From: Candidatus Kapaibacterium sp.
GTDB lineage: Bacteria > Patescibacteriota > Patescibacteriia > UBA9934
DNA length: 64,000 nt
Assembly (NCBI GenBank): GCA_044350705.1
Contig: JBILHA010000002.1
Location: 178,295 to 242,294 of the forward strand
Reading direction: 5' to 3'
Below, in pieces: positions 8,815 to 18,052 of the stretch (the stretch's first letter is position 1; every line of letters begins with the position of its first letter). The position numbers were made by a program, and so were the translations under genes. Below the pieces are notes generated by a model that was not told where the DNA came from, searched no databases, and was given only the letters and a program-made list of their open reading frames with translations.

Positions 8815-10338
8815 ATGCTCTCTTTTATTGATCGCTTCATCAACGGCATTACCATGTACCGCCTCACGCTTTGGGGACTTTCTCTGCTTGCAGCTCTTTC
8901 AATTCTCTTTGGATTTTTTGGACTTATTTCTTACGATGGATTCCATCTCCTTCTCTCCCTCTTTCTTCTTCTCATTACCTGCTGGATTTCAAATACACTC
9001 TTTGTTCGTCTTTTTAATGCCGCGCCTAGCGTCGAATCCTCCCCCATTACTGCGCTCATTCTTTTCTTTCTCATCATGCCTGTTGCATCGGTGAAAGAAG
9101 CGCTCATTTTAGTGCTCACTGGCATTGTTGCGATGGCATCAAAATATCTTCTTGCTATTCGCGGACGGCACCTGTTTAATCCTGCCGCAATTGGGGCATT
9201 TTTTTCAGGATTTATTTTAGGAAACGGGGCTATTTGGTGGGTAGGAAGCAGCATCTTCCTTCCCTTTGTTGCCGTAGTCGGTCTTCTCATGGTGAGAAAA
9301 ATTCATCGAGGGACGCTCTTTCTTTCGGGAGTTTTCGCTGCCGTTGTTACCCTCCTTGTCGTCAATCTTCTTCAAGAAACGATCGCCTTTACTCTCGTCG
9401 ATCTCAGCTCCTTCATCACGCTCGTTTTCACCTCCTGGCCTCTTGTTTTCTTTGCGTCGGTCATGCTCACGGAACCTACCACCACTCCTTCTACCCGCAA
9501 GAGACAGATCATCTATGGAATCCTTACCGGCATTCTCTTTGGTCTTCCTTTCTCTTTCGGACGTCTCTCCATGTCTCCTGAGCTTGCGCTTCTTTTGGGA
9601 AATATTTATTCCTCCTTCGCAGAAGCAAAGTCTCGCGTAAAAGCGAAACTTCTCCAGAGAACACTTGTCGCAAAGGATACCTACCATCTTACCTTTTCTC
9701 TTCCCCGCCCTCTTACTTTTATCCCAGGCCAATATCTCGAATGGACACTTTTTCATAATAAATCGGACAACCGGGGAACCCGTCGTTACTTTACTATCGC
9801 TTCTTCGCCTACCGAACCCTCTCTAGGACTCGGGGTAAAAATGGGAGGAAAGATGAGTACTTTTAAACAGAAGCTCTTTACTCTTCAGGAAGGGGAAGAA
9901 ATTACCGTCTCTCAGCTTTCTGGAGATTTTGTCCTTCCTCGGGATTCTTCGGAGAAACTCGTTTTTATCGCAGGAGGAATTGGCATTACTCCCTTTAGGA
10001 GCATGGTGCAATGGCTCATTGATACACAGTCTTCTCGAGACATCGTTCTTATCTATGCCTGCAACACCCCGGAAGACTTCGCCTACCTTGATGTATTTAT
10101 GCGCGCTCAATCATGCGGAGTACGGCTTGTCCTTCTTGCGAAAGAAGCACCCGTAGGATGGCAAGGACAACGGGGATATCTCACGATCGAAATGCTGCAA
10201 AAAGAAGTTCCCGACTCTACCGTCCGTCATTTCTATATCTCTGGACCCGGCGGCATGGTCACTGCGTATAAAAAGCTTCTCAGAAAACATGGTATTTCTC
10301 TTTCACGTATTACTACCGATTATTTCCCGGGTCTTTAA
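8815..10338 (+). CDS. Membrane flavoprotein oxidoreductase fusion
   Basis: The N-terminal polytopic domain has an RGRHLFNPAA signature, inferred to be RnfD/NqrB-like. The C-terminal domain is ferredoxin-NADP+ reductase-type FAD/NAD(P)H-binding, with the FAD motif RRYFTIASSP and the NAD motif GGIGITPFRSM. Confidence 0.65.
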   Translation: MLSFIDRFINGITMYRLTLWGLSLLAALSILFGFFGLISYDGFHLLLSLFLLLITCWISNTLFVRLFNAAPSVESSPITALILFFLIMPVASVKEALILVLTGIVAMASKYLLAIRGRHLFNPAAIGAFFSGFILGNGAIWWVGSSIFLPFVAVVGLLMVRKIHRGTLFLSGVFAAVVTLLVVNLLQETIAFTLVDLSSFITLVFTSWPLVFFASVMLTEPTTTPSTRKRQIIYGILTGILFGLPFSFGRLSMSPELALLLGNIYSSFAEAKSRVKAKLLQRTLVAKDTYHLTFSLPRPLTFIPGQYLEWTLFHNKSDNRGTRRYFTIASSPTEPSLGLGVKMGGKMSTFKQKLFTLQEGEEITVSQLSGDFVLPRDSSEKLVFIAGGIGITPFRSMVQWLIDTQSSRDIVLIYACNTPEDFAYLDVFMRAQSCGVRLVLLAKEAPVGWQGQRGYLTIEMLQKEVPDSTVRHFYISGPGGMVTAYKKLLRKHGISLSRITTDYFPGL

Positions 10339-10344
10339 TGCTCT

Positions 10345-10908
10345 TTGTTCAGGAATGCTATACTGTGTATATCTATGGAGGATACTGAGCTGCAACAATC
10401 ACCCACTGCCGCCGATCAATCTTCTGAAGCAATCGATGCAGGAGATATTTTGCTTGCATGGGAGAGTTGGGAGTATCCCCCTATTGAACGTTCAGGAAAG
10501 TGGTACGCCGTCGCAACAAGCCTTGGACTCTTCTGTCTCATTTATGCCATGTTTACCGCGAATTACATTTTTGCGGTTATTGTGGTCATGTTCGCCATCA
10601 TTATCATGATGCGAGACATAAAAAAACCGGCCCGTTTCCAAACGTACATCACCACAGAAGGCGTAGTTTTTGGTGATCGCCTCTATTCCTTTAAAGAGAT
10701 TCGGGATTTTTCTATTACATACGATCCTCCTGAGGTAAAAAATCTTTACCTCACATTCAACTCTTCCTTGCAGCCCATGCTTTCCATTCCCCTTGAGGAT
10801 GCGAATCCCAACCTGGTTCGCGCCGCTCTTTTGCCGTTTGTCTATGAAAACCTGGCACGGGATGGAGAAACCTTGACGGATACCCTTCGTCGCGTGTATA
10901 AATTGTAG
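10345..10908 (+). CDS. Hypothetical membrane protein (2 TM)
   Basis: 187-aa ORF with a central hydrophobic hairpin (FCLIYAMFTANYIFAVIVVMFAIIIMM). The alternative start MEDTEL is at 10375. Confidence 0.45.
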   Translation: MFRNAILCISMEDTELQQSPTAADQSSEAIDAGDILLAWESWEYPPIERSGKWYAVATSLGLFCLIYAMFTANYIFAVIVVMFAIIIMMRDIKKPARFQTYITTEGVVFGDRLYSFKEIRDFSITYDPPEVKNLYLTFNSSLQPMLSIPLEDANPNLVRAALLPFVYENLARDGETLTDTLRRVYKL

Positions 10909-11067
10909 CGTTGTTTTGACGAGTTTACCTCAGAACGCGACAAACAAAATTGCTTTATTTGCGGCGATTTTGGCTCGCGACGATGAAATTTTCGTCAAGG
11001 CGTACCTCCTGGTACGCCGTCGAAAATTTCGAGGAGCATGCCAAAATAAGCCCAAATAAACAATTTT

Positions 11068-11144
11068 GCGCTCGTAGCTCAGTTGGATAGAGCATCAGCT
11101 TGCGGAGCTGAGGGTCGCACGTTCGAGTCGTGCCGAGCGCACCA
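11068..11144 (+). tRNA. tRNA-Arg (anticodon read as GCG), 77 nt, CCA encoded
   Basis: Acceptor GCGCTCG/CGAGCGC, D-arm GCTCAGTTGGATAGAGC (Arg-like), anticodon stem TCAGC/GCTGA with loop TTGCGGA, T-arm GCACGTTCGAGTCGTGC, and a 3' ACCA. Confidence 0.85.
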
Positions 11145-11145
11145 T

Positions 11146-11176
11146 CAAAAAATCTGCCTTACCGGCAGATTTTTTG
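11146..11176. terminator. Bidirectional rho-independent terminator (tRNA-Arg / znuB)
   Basis: AAAAAATCTGCC-TTACC-GGCAGATTTTTT: a perfect 7-bp GC-containing stem with A- and T-runs. Confidence 0.7.
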
Positions 11177-11177
11177 T

Positions 11178-11996
11178 TTATCTTTTTCTTATGAGCGCCG
11201 TCACTCCAAACAGGAGAAGAGATACGAGCACGATGGTCGCTCCCGTGGGAGTATCCACAAGCGCCGATGCAAAGAGCCCTCCGATCACCGCGGTCACTCC
11301 ATACCCTACCCCTATCCCCATGGTGTGCCAGAACCCCTTTCTCCACATATTTGCCGCGAGTACCGGTATTACCAGCAACGCGCTCACCAAGAGCGCTCCT
11401 ACGACTCGCATGCCCACTGCAACAACCAGCGCAGAGAGCATGATAAACAGCGCCTCGTATCGCTCAATAGGGAGCCCTTGCACTTTCGCTAAACGTGCGT
11501 CAGCGGTTGCAAGAAAGAATATCCCTCTCCCGACATACAGTACGCTTCCCACCACTCCAAGCACTGCCCCGATTGAGCACACATCGCCCCACGTTACGGT
11601 CGTGATGCTTCCAAACAAATAGGAGAGTACCTGGGCATTCCAGGAACCGGTTACGCTTAATAGCACCACGGCAAATGCTAAGCTTCCTGAAAGGACCAAT
11701 GCAAGCGCAGCATCTCCTGAGAGTTTCGCATGTCTTCTGAGCCATTCCATTCCTATCGCGGCTCCTAGTGTTGCCGCCATCGCCGCCCAAACGCTTTGGA
11801 TGCCCAGCACCACTCCGAGCGCCACCCCCGCAAGCGAGGCGTGCGCTAACGTATCTGAGAAAAATGCTTGGCGACGTGCGACAAAAAATATCCCAATGAG
11901 AGGTGCGAGTATTCCCATCATAATTCCCGCAAGCAATGCTCGCTGAAAAAAGGCGTATCCAAAGAGTTCAATAAGCATACTAGTGATGATGGGCAT
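11178..11996 (-). CDS. znuB: Metal (Zn/Mn) ABC transporter permease (ABC-3 / ZnuB family)
   Basis: 272 aa, 8-9 TM, with the ABC-3 signature region and clustering with znuC/znuA. Confidence 0.85.
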   Translation of the reverse strand: MPIITSMLIELFGYAFFQRALLAGIMMGILAPLIGIFFVARRQAFFSDTLAHASLAGVALGVVLGIQSVWAAMAATLGAAIGMEWLRRHAKLSGDAALALVLSGSLAFAVVLLSVTGSWNAQVLSYLFGSITTVTWGDVCSIGAVLGVVGSVLYVGRGIFFLATADARLAKVQGLPIERYEALFIMLSALVVAVGMRVVGALLVSALLVIPVLAANMWRKGFWHTMGIGVGYGVTAVIGGLFASALVDTPTGATIVLVSLLLFGVTALIRKR

Positions 11997-13254
11997 GTCC
12001 TTCTTCTTCTACCCGGATAATTCCTTTGCCGTATGCCCATGCGGCAAGTGCGGTCGCCACTGGCACTGCGAGCATAAGCGCAGATCCACCAATGAGTGCA
12101 CGGAGCATTTCTTCGGTCAGCGACTCCCCGTTGAGTAAAACCCACAGTGGCGGGTTATCCGGGAGCGAGAAGAGCAGGAAAAGAGGAAATGACGCTCCTA
12201 CATATGCGAGTGCGAGCGTGTTTACGAGAGCTGCAATATGCTCTCGTCCAACTACCAGCCCTCGTACATACAACTCCTTTACGTCGAGTGAGTGATTTGC
12301 GCGATAGATCTGTTCTACTGCTGCAACTTGTGCGGTCGTAACGTCGTCCAAAACACCCAGCGCACCAATCACCAAGCCTCCGAGGAGGAGTCCGCGTAGA
12401 TCAAGCGATTGTAAATACCCCATCTGCAAGAAGAGCGCCTCTTCCGTACTTGCTCCCGAAAGCATCGCCCAAAAAACCGTTGCATATGCCAATCCAAACG
12501 CGAGGAGCAGCACAAACATGGTGGCAGAAAATGCGAGGAGTGTTCTCTTTTTTAATCCGTGTGCCAAAAACAATGATGTCGTCGCGATTGCAATAGCCCC
12601 CAGCGCGCTAATCACGATGGGATTGTCCCCTGCCATGATACGGGGCGCGATAAATGCTACAAGTACAATAAGCGATACTCCAAGGCCCACCAGTGACATT
12701 ACTCCTCTCCACTTGCCAAGTACTACGGCGAGTCCTCCAAAGACCAATGCCAACGCAATGACCACAGGAAGCCGGAATTGATCGAGAATATAGTACGCCG
12801 TCCCACGAGCATCGGTGGTTTGCACGAGCACGACCGGATCTCCTTTTTCGAGACGCACCTGTGCAAATCCGATCGTTGAGGAACGATACTCGATCGTCTC
12901 TACCTCTCCCGCTTCTTCTCCTGAGGCAATCTTTACTAAGACGAGCTGATAGCTTTCCTCGAGACCGCCGAGGTTATTTTTTCCTTCCTCAACAATACTT
13001 ATCACCTCTCCGAGCACATACTTGTTTGGAATATATTCTCCTACCGGATGGCTCACCATCATCTCGCCGTCTTCTGCAGGCACAAGTTCCGCCTCTTGCG
13101 CAAAAACGACTTGTATCCCTGAAAAAGATAAGACGCAAAGTATCAGCGAAACAAGCAGTGGGCGGAGAAGCAACCGGACCGATGAGAACAGAAAAACACC
13201 GAAATACCAATGTGCCTTCTTAATGCATGTGAGGATGATCCGCATAGGAGCCAT
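11980..13254 (-). CDS. YibE/F-family integral membrane protein with a C-terminal His tail, embedded in the znu operon
   Basis: YibE/F-like TM core (…GALGVLDDVTTAQ…); N-terminal signal plus an extracytoplasmic domain. The C-terminus is ...EEEGHAHHH. Confidence 0.65.
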   Translation of the reverse strand: MAPMRIILTCIKKAHWYFGVFLFSSVRLLLRPLLVSLILCVLSFSGIQVVFAQEAELVPAEDGEMMVSHPVGEYIPNKYVLGEVISIVEEGKNNLGGLEESYQLVLVKIASGEEAGEVETIEYRSSTIGFAQVRLEKGDPVVLVQTTDARGTAYYILDQFRLPVVIALALVFGGLAVVLGKWRGVMSLVGLGVSLIVLVAFIAPRIMAGDNPIVISALGAIAIATTSLFLAHGLKKRTLLAFSATMFVLLLAFGLAYATVFWAMLSGASTEEALFLQMGYLQSLDLRGLLLGGLVIGALGVLDDVTTAQVAAVEQIYRANHSLDVKELYVRGLVVGREHIAALVNTLALAYVGASFPLFLLFSLPDNPPLWVLLNGESLTEEMLRALIGGSALMLAVPVATALAAWAYGKGIIRVEEEGHAHHH

Positions 13255-13921
13255 GACTTACGATTCTCTTATTAAGACAGAGCACACGCGTTGCTTCGCG
13301 CTCAACTGCGTGAAGGTCATGAGAGACCATAAGAATAGTCATATGCGTACGCCGGTGCAATTCACGCAGTACATCGTAGAGCGTCTGCTGTTGGTACTCA
13401 TCTACTGCGGACATCGGTTCATCAAGAACGAGTATACGTGGCTCTCCCGCTAATGCTCGTGCGAGAAAAGCTCGCTGGCGTTCTCCTCCGGAAATCTCTC
13501 CGATTCTTCTTTTCGCAAGGTGGGATATACCGCACGTTTCCATCGCCTTTTCAATACGCACCACATCATGCGCTCGTGGGCCTTGATACCACTTTCTCAA
13601 TGCCACCCGTCCACTTGCAACCATTTCCTCCACGGTTGCGGGAAAAAGTGGATCAAAAGACGCCGCATGCTGAGGGACATATCCCACTTGATGGCGCAAT
13701 TCTCTCCCTTCCCACTCAATCTTTCCCGCCGTTTGGCGCTCAAGACCGAGGAGGATATTCAAGAGCGTCGTCTTTCCTCCCCCATTTGGACCAATAATTC
13801 CTACATACTCTCCTTCTTTGATCGAAAAAGAAACATCTTCAAGAACGACGAAATCACCCCGCGTAAATTGCACGTGGGAAACCGTGAGTAATTCGTGTGA
13901 CCGCTTCGCTACGGTTGACAT
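13220..13921 (-). CDS. znuC: Metal ABC transporter ATP-binding protein (ZnuC-like)
   Basis: Walker A GPNGGGKTT, ABC signature LSGGERQR and Walker B ILVLDEP. Confidence 0.85.
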   Translation of the reverse strand: MSTVAKRSHELLTVSHVQFTRGDFVVLEDVSFSIKEGEYVGIIGPNGGGKTTLLNILLGLERQTAGKIEWEGRELRHQVGYVPQHAASFDPLFPATVEEMVASGRVALRKWYQGPRAHDVVRIEKAMETCGISHLAKRRIGEISGGERQRAFLARALAGEPRILVLDEPMSAVDEYQQQTLYDVLRELHRRTHMTILMVSHDLHAVEREATRVLCLNKRIVSHGSYADHPHMH

Positions 13922-14886
13922 GAGAGTGCTTGCGCAAGTGCGTGAAGATTCTTTCGCATAATGGAAGTATACCCTTCTCCTGCGGCAATTTGCTCTTCCG
14001 TACGGCCTTCAAGGGTGTACAACACATCTACCGATGCGCCAATTTCCTGGGCGATTGTTTCTGCCAGCGCCGTACTTGCGGGAGACTCGAAGAATACCGT
14101 CGTCACTCCTAATTCCTTTGCTTCTTCAATGAGTTTTGCCATATTTTTGACCGATGGTTCCGCCTCGGGAGAAATTCCTGCCACGGCATGTATCGCGATG
14201 TTGTACCGAAGTTCCCAATACCGGAATGCGTCATGCGCCACCAAAACATTGCTTTGTTCGCACGTACGCAATGTTTCAGAAAAATCCGCATCTAATGCCG
14301 CGAGCTCCTCTCGCAGCTTTTGCATTTCATGCGCATACCGCTCGGCATGTGCAGGATCTTTCTCGATGAGCGCTTCGGCGATCGCGCGCACCATTTCTTG
14401 TGCTCGCGCACTATCAAGCCAGGCGTGGGGATCTTGCGCGCCTTCATGCCCGTGCCCGTGCTCTTCTTCCTCCTCTTCATGCCCCTCTTCTTCATGTCCC
14501 TCCTCTTCTCCTGCCAGAAAGGGTACAACGTCGCTCATGCGCACCACTTTTATTCCCGCAGCTTCTGCATCGGGAAGGAGATTTTCTGCCCACGCGTCTA
14601 AACCTCCGCCATTGAGGAGCACCACGTCAGCACTTAAAAAATGTGCGATATCCTGGGGAGATGGCTCATATTCATGCACCTCAACTCCATCAGGCGTTAT
14701 TTGTCGTACCGATACATATTCTTCGCCTATTTCTTGAGCAAAGTCCGCCAAAGGGAAAAACGTTGCCACTACTTCGATCTGGTTCTTTGGGGTATTCCCT
14801 CTTTCACCCCTTCCCAAATACCATCCTCCTGCAAGCAGTGCGCTCACAAGTAGCAGGCCCCCTATTCCATACATCCATTTTTGCAT
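13909..14886 (-). CDS. znuA: Metal ABC transporter substrate-binding protein (ZnuA-like) with a His/Glu-rich loop
   Basis: Cluster-9 SBP fold motifs and the acidic His-rich insert EEEGHEEEGHEEEEEEHGHGHEG typical of zinc-specific ZnuA. The start is taken at MQKWMYGIGGLLLVSA (signal/anchor). Confidence 0.8.
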   Translation of the reverse strand: MQKWMYGIGGLLLVSALLAGGWYLGRGERGNTPKNQIEVVATFFPLADFAQEIGEEYVSVRQITPDGVEVHEYEPSPQDIAHFLSADVVLLNGGGLDAWAENLLPDAEAAGIKVVRMSDVVPFLAGEEEGHEEEGHEEEEEEHGHGHEGAQDPHAWLDSARAQEMVRAIAEALIEKDPAHAERYAHEMQKLREELAALDADFSETLRTCEQSNVLVAHDAFRYWELRYNIAIHAVAGISPEAEPSVKNMAKLIEEAKELGVTTVFFESPASTALAETIAQEIGASVDVLYTLEGRTEEQIAAGEGYTSIMRKNLHALAQALSCQP

Positions 14887-14902
14887 ATTTTTTGCAAAAA
14901 TA

Positions 14903-15556
14903 TCATGCATCGTTTCCATATGCAAGGGTGCATGCGTATACCCGGGAAACCCCCGCTTGTCTGAGAACGTCCGCACACGCTACGAGCGTACTTCCGGTCG
15001 TTGCAACATCATCTACGAGACAGACGCTCTTTGGCACCTTGTCTTGCGGCCTTAACACACTCATGTAGGGATTCTTCTCACGCACCTCTCCCCGATCCTC
15101 TTTTTTTGTTTTTGCCTGCGCCTTTTTTGGTACTCGTTTTAATCCCTCCACGACACTCCATCCTCCTTTTGTCGCGATGCTTTGGGCGAGCATCTCTGCC
15201 TGATTAAATCCACGCTCTGCATACGCTTCTCTTGCCAGGGGAACGGGGATCAGGACTGTTTCTTTATCAAGAAAAAACATCTCTCCCTCTTGCATCCACT
15301 TTTGCCACCATTTTCCCGCCTCTTCATCGCCGCGATATTTCCACGCATGGAGCATTTTTTGTACCGCCGGCTCTTGATAAGAAACTCGTGAGAATATTTC
15401 TACCCCTTCGCATACCTTCTCACGATGCCAAGGAGGGAGCGTCACATTCTTTGCGCACCTTTGACAGAGAATCTCTCCTTCTTTCTTACAAACCACACAC
15501 GCCCTTGGAAAAAGGGCGTCCATGAGGAGGTGATAGATGGCTTTTAGTCTTGCCAT
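14903..15556 (-). CDS. comFC: ComF-family protein (ComFC; phosphoribosyltransferase-like competence protein)
   Basis: N-terminal 4-Cys zinc finger CVVCKK...CQRCAK and a C-terminal PRTase motif LVDDVATTGSTL. Confidence 0.75.
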   Translation of the reverse strand: MARLKAIYHLLMDALFPRACVVCKKEGEILCQRCAKNVTLPPWHREKVCEGVEIFSRVSYQEPAVQKMLHAWKYRGDEEAGKWWQKWMQEGEMFFLDKETVLIPVPLAREAYAERGFNQAEMLAQSIATKGGWSVVEGLKRVPKKAQAKTKKEDRGEVREKNPYMSVLRPQDKVPKSVCLVDDVATTGSTLVACADVLRQAGVSRVYACTLAYGNDA

Positions 15557-16116
15557 GTATAGGCATCTACCTTCCAAACCCCACCTTCTTGTACGAGCAC
15601 AACTTCAATCGCCTGATAACGAATTTCTTCATTTCCTGGGGATCCAAATGCCTCCTCACGCTGCGTTTGAACCATCAATGTCATGGATGTTTCTGTTTCT
15701 TGCGTGGCTTTCGCCCCGAGGCATGAGGTCGACACTCCATAATACCCGCCTTCTCCTCCCGGCTCTTGCGTGCGGGCTTGCTTTGCCTCTCGCTCCAGTT
15801 GGGCACTGAGTCGCGTGGTCACAAGGCCGAGTACATCATCAATATTTTGGAAGTCAGATTCAGAAGAATAACTTCCCACGCGCTCAACAAAGGTTCTTGC
15901 GACCGTTCCGGCAGAGACTTCTTGCGCTTTTGGCACATCCTCTGGATCATATGTTGGTTTTGGAGCAGGCGTGGTATTTGCCGCAGGAAGCGTCGTATTC
16001 TTCTCTTCTTCAATCTGTTGCGCGGTATTTTCCCGGGTCATCCAGAAAATAACTCCAAGCAACGCGAGGAGAATGACGACCGCTACACCGATTTCGATCA
16101 TGCGTTTTCTTTCCAT
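15544..16116 (-). CDS. Hypothetical bitopic membrane protein; candidate VirB8/PrgL-like T4SS component
   Basis: One N-terminal TM, a Pro/Thr-rich linker and a ~120-aa globular domain. Its position immediately downstream of VirB4 is the basis for the VirB8-like guess, which is positional only. Confidence 0.4.
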   Translation of the reverse strand: MERKRMIEIGVAVVILLALLGVIFWMTRENTAQQIEEEKNTTLPAANTTPAPKPTYDPEDVPKAQEVSAGTVARTFVERVGSYSSESDFQNIDDVLGLVTTRLSAQLEREAKQARTQEPGGEGGYYGVSTSCLGAKATQETETSMTLMVQTQREEAFGSPGNEEIRYQAIEVVLVQEGGVWKVDAYTWQD

Positions 16117-16125
16117 AAGAAATGA

Positions 16126-18048
16126 TTATGCTTGTTTTTGCTGCTCCGCGAGTGCGCGCTGATATTCTTCTCGCGCACGTTCCTGCTGCAGGATTTGCTC
16201 TGGATTTGTCGTCACAATTTGATCTTCCGTATATGACGCTACCACTTTAATCGCCGCATGCTTCTGTCCGGCGAAAAAGATCCCCTCCCCTACTGCTGCT
16301 TCGAGCAGAAGATACTTCTCACTTTGCGTGAGGTTAAACGTTCGCGCAACCAGATCCACGGCCGCAGGAGATTGTTTCAACAACATCTGGAGAGAAGAGT
16401 TGGTCACAATTGCTTGGCCGTATTGCGAAGTAAGGAAGTCGTTTACATCTTGCGTGATCGTCGTCACACCCAGGTAGTATTTTCGCGCGCGTTTTACGAG
16501 GGCAAAAATGAACTTTGCCGAATCTTCGTTTTGCATGAGCCACCACGCTTCATCAATCACCAACAAACGCTTTTTACGCTCCGAACGTACGACGTTCCAG
16601 ATGTAGTTTACGATGGTATAAATCGCCATGGGACGCAATTCATCTTCGAGGTCGCGTACGGAGAATACGACGAGCTGATTGCGCATTTGTACGGTTGTGG
16701 GAGAGTTCAGCAATCCCGAGAATGTTCCTGACACGTATTTCTGAATACGCGCAACAAGATTCTCCGCCCCCTGCATTCCCTCAAGGATTTGCATGAGGTC
16801 ATCAAGAATAGGATACGCTGCCACTCCTGCAAGCGAAGGAAGGTCAGGAGTAATATCTTTCTTTGCATACGCCTCCAAAAGTGCGCGATCGAGTACGCTA
16901 TCTTCTTCAGGGGTAAAGCCAAGCGTTCCCTTTTCTCCCATGGGCTTCCCGATCATGATGCGAAGCAGTCCCTTGAGCGTAATCACCGCGCTACGCAAGA
17001 TATCGTCTACCGAACTCTCTTCCCCCTTAGGGCGAGGAAGATCAAAAGGATTGATTTTTGCTTCAGACGCCAAGGAAACGTTTACGAATGTTCCGCCTAC
17101 GGCATCGGATAGCTGGCGATATTCCATTTCGGGGTCAATAACAATAACGTCCGTTCCCATCATGAGCGAACGGAGAATTTCGAGCTTTACCGTATAGCTT
17201 TTTCCCGCACCTGATGTTGCAAAGACGACCGAGTTTGCATTCTGCAGAGAAAAACGATCGAATAAAATGAGCGAGTTGTTGTGCCGATTAATTCCGTACA
17301 GGATGCCGTTATCGCTCGATACATCTGAGGAAATAAAGGGAAATGAAGATGCAATCGGTGACGTGTTCATGTTAAACGTAATCATGAGCTCGTCATTGCA
17401 TTCGGGAAGCGTGGAATTAAACCCTTGTTCTGATTGGTAGAATCCTCGCTTCGTGTAAATGAGTTTCGTGCCGAAAATTGCTTCGATTTCTTCAGTGCGT
17501 TTATCTAAATCCTCCTGATTTTTTCCGTATACGGTAACGTAGAAAGCAAACTGGAAAAAGTGCTCGATTCCTTGTGTCAGATCATCACGAAGTTGCTCAA
17601 TATCGCGCAGTGCGGTTTCCTGGATAGGATCACGAGGCTTTCCACTTTCATGATCCGCAACAATTTGCGCTTCGGTAATACCCACTTTGTCACGCAACTG
17701 TTTTAAAATGATTTCTGGTCGGATCGGATAAAAATACATGCCAATATCGATCGTCCCTTTGTAATTGATAATCGGCGCTCCCCATCCTATTCCTACGTAG
17801 CGAGGATAGGTGGTCACAAAAAGCGTACGCAAATACTGATCTCCAAGACGGAGGAAGTTTGGCTGCACTTCAAACGCTGCCGGCGCAATCAGGTCACGGA
17901 TGGATACGGTTCCCCGGCGATAGACACGCTCTTCTTCAAGCGTTGCGCGCTCTTCAGCTAACTTCTGCTCTTGAGGGGACAGTTTCTTTGGAGCAACTGC
18001 AATCTTCTGTGCCTGCTGCCTTTTGAGGTCTTCAATATTAAATGCCAT
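16126..18048 (-). CDS. VirB4/TraC/PrgJ-family T4SS ATPase, C-terminal ATPase portion (split gene)
   Basis: Walker A ATSGAGKSYT, VirB4-type Walker B LLVIDEAWWLM, and RKYYLGVTTITQ (the motif following Walker B). Confidence 0.85.
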   Translation of the reverse strand: MAFNIEDLKRQQAQKIAVAPKKLSPQEQKLAEERATLEEERVYRRGTVSIRDLIAPAAFEVQPNFLRLGDQYLRTLFVTTYPRYVGIGWGAPIINYKGTIDIGMYFYPIRPEIILKQLRDKVGITEAQIVADHESGKPRDPIQETALRDIEQLRDDLTQGIEHFFQFAFYVTVYGKNQEDLDKRTEEIEAIFGTKLIYTKRGFYQSEQGFNSTLPECNDELMITFNMNTSPIASSFPFISSDVSSDNGILYGINRHNNSLILFDRFSLQNANSVVFATSGAGKSYTVKLEILRSLMMGTDVIVIDPEMEYRQLSDAVGGTFVNVSLASEAKINPFDLPRPKGEESSVDDILRSAVITLKGLLRIMIGKPMGEKGTLGFTPEEDSVLDRALLEAYAKKDITPDLPSLAGVAAYPILDDLMQILEGMQGAENLVARIQKYVSGTFSGLLNSPTTVQMRNQLVVFSVRDLEDELRPMAIYTIVNYIWNVVRSERKKRLLVIDEAWWLMQNEDSAKFIFALVKRARKYYLGVTTITQDVNDFLTSQYGQAIVTNSSLQMLLKQSPAAVDLVARTFNLTQSEKYLLLEAAVGEGIFFAGQKHAAIKVVASYTEDQIVTTNPEQILQQERAREEYQRALAEQQKQA

Positions 18049-18052
18049 ATCT

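Noticed and set aside
13961-14737. 258-aa plus-strand ORF inside znuA
   Set aside because: It is antisense to a gene with clear SBP and His-loop features. Its Ser/Ala-rich low-complexity translation marks it as an artefact.
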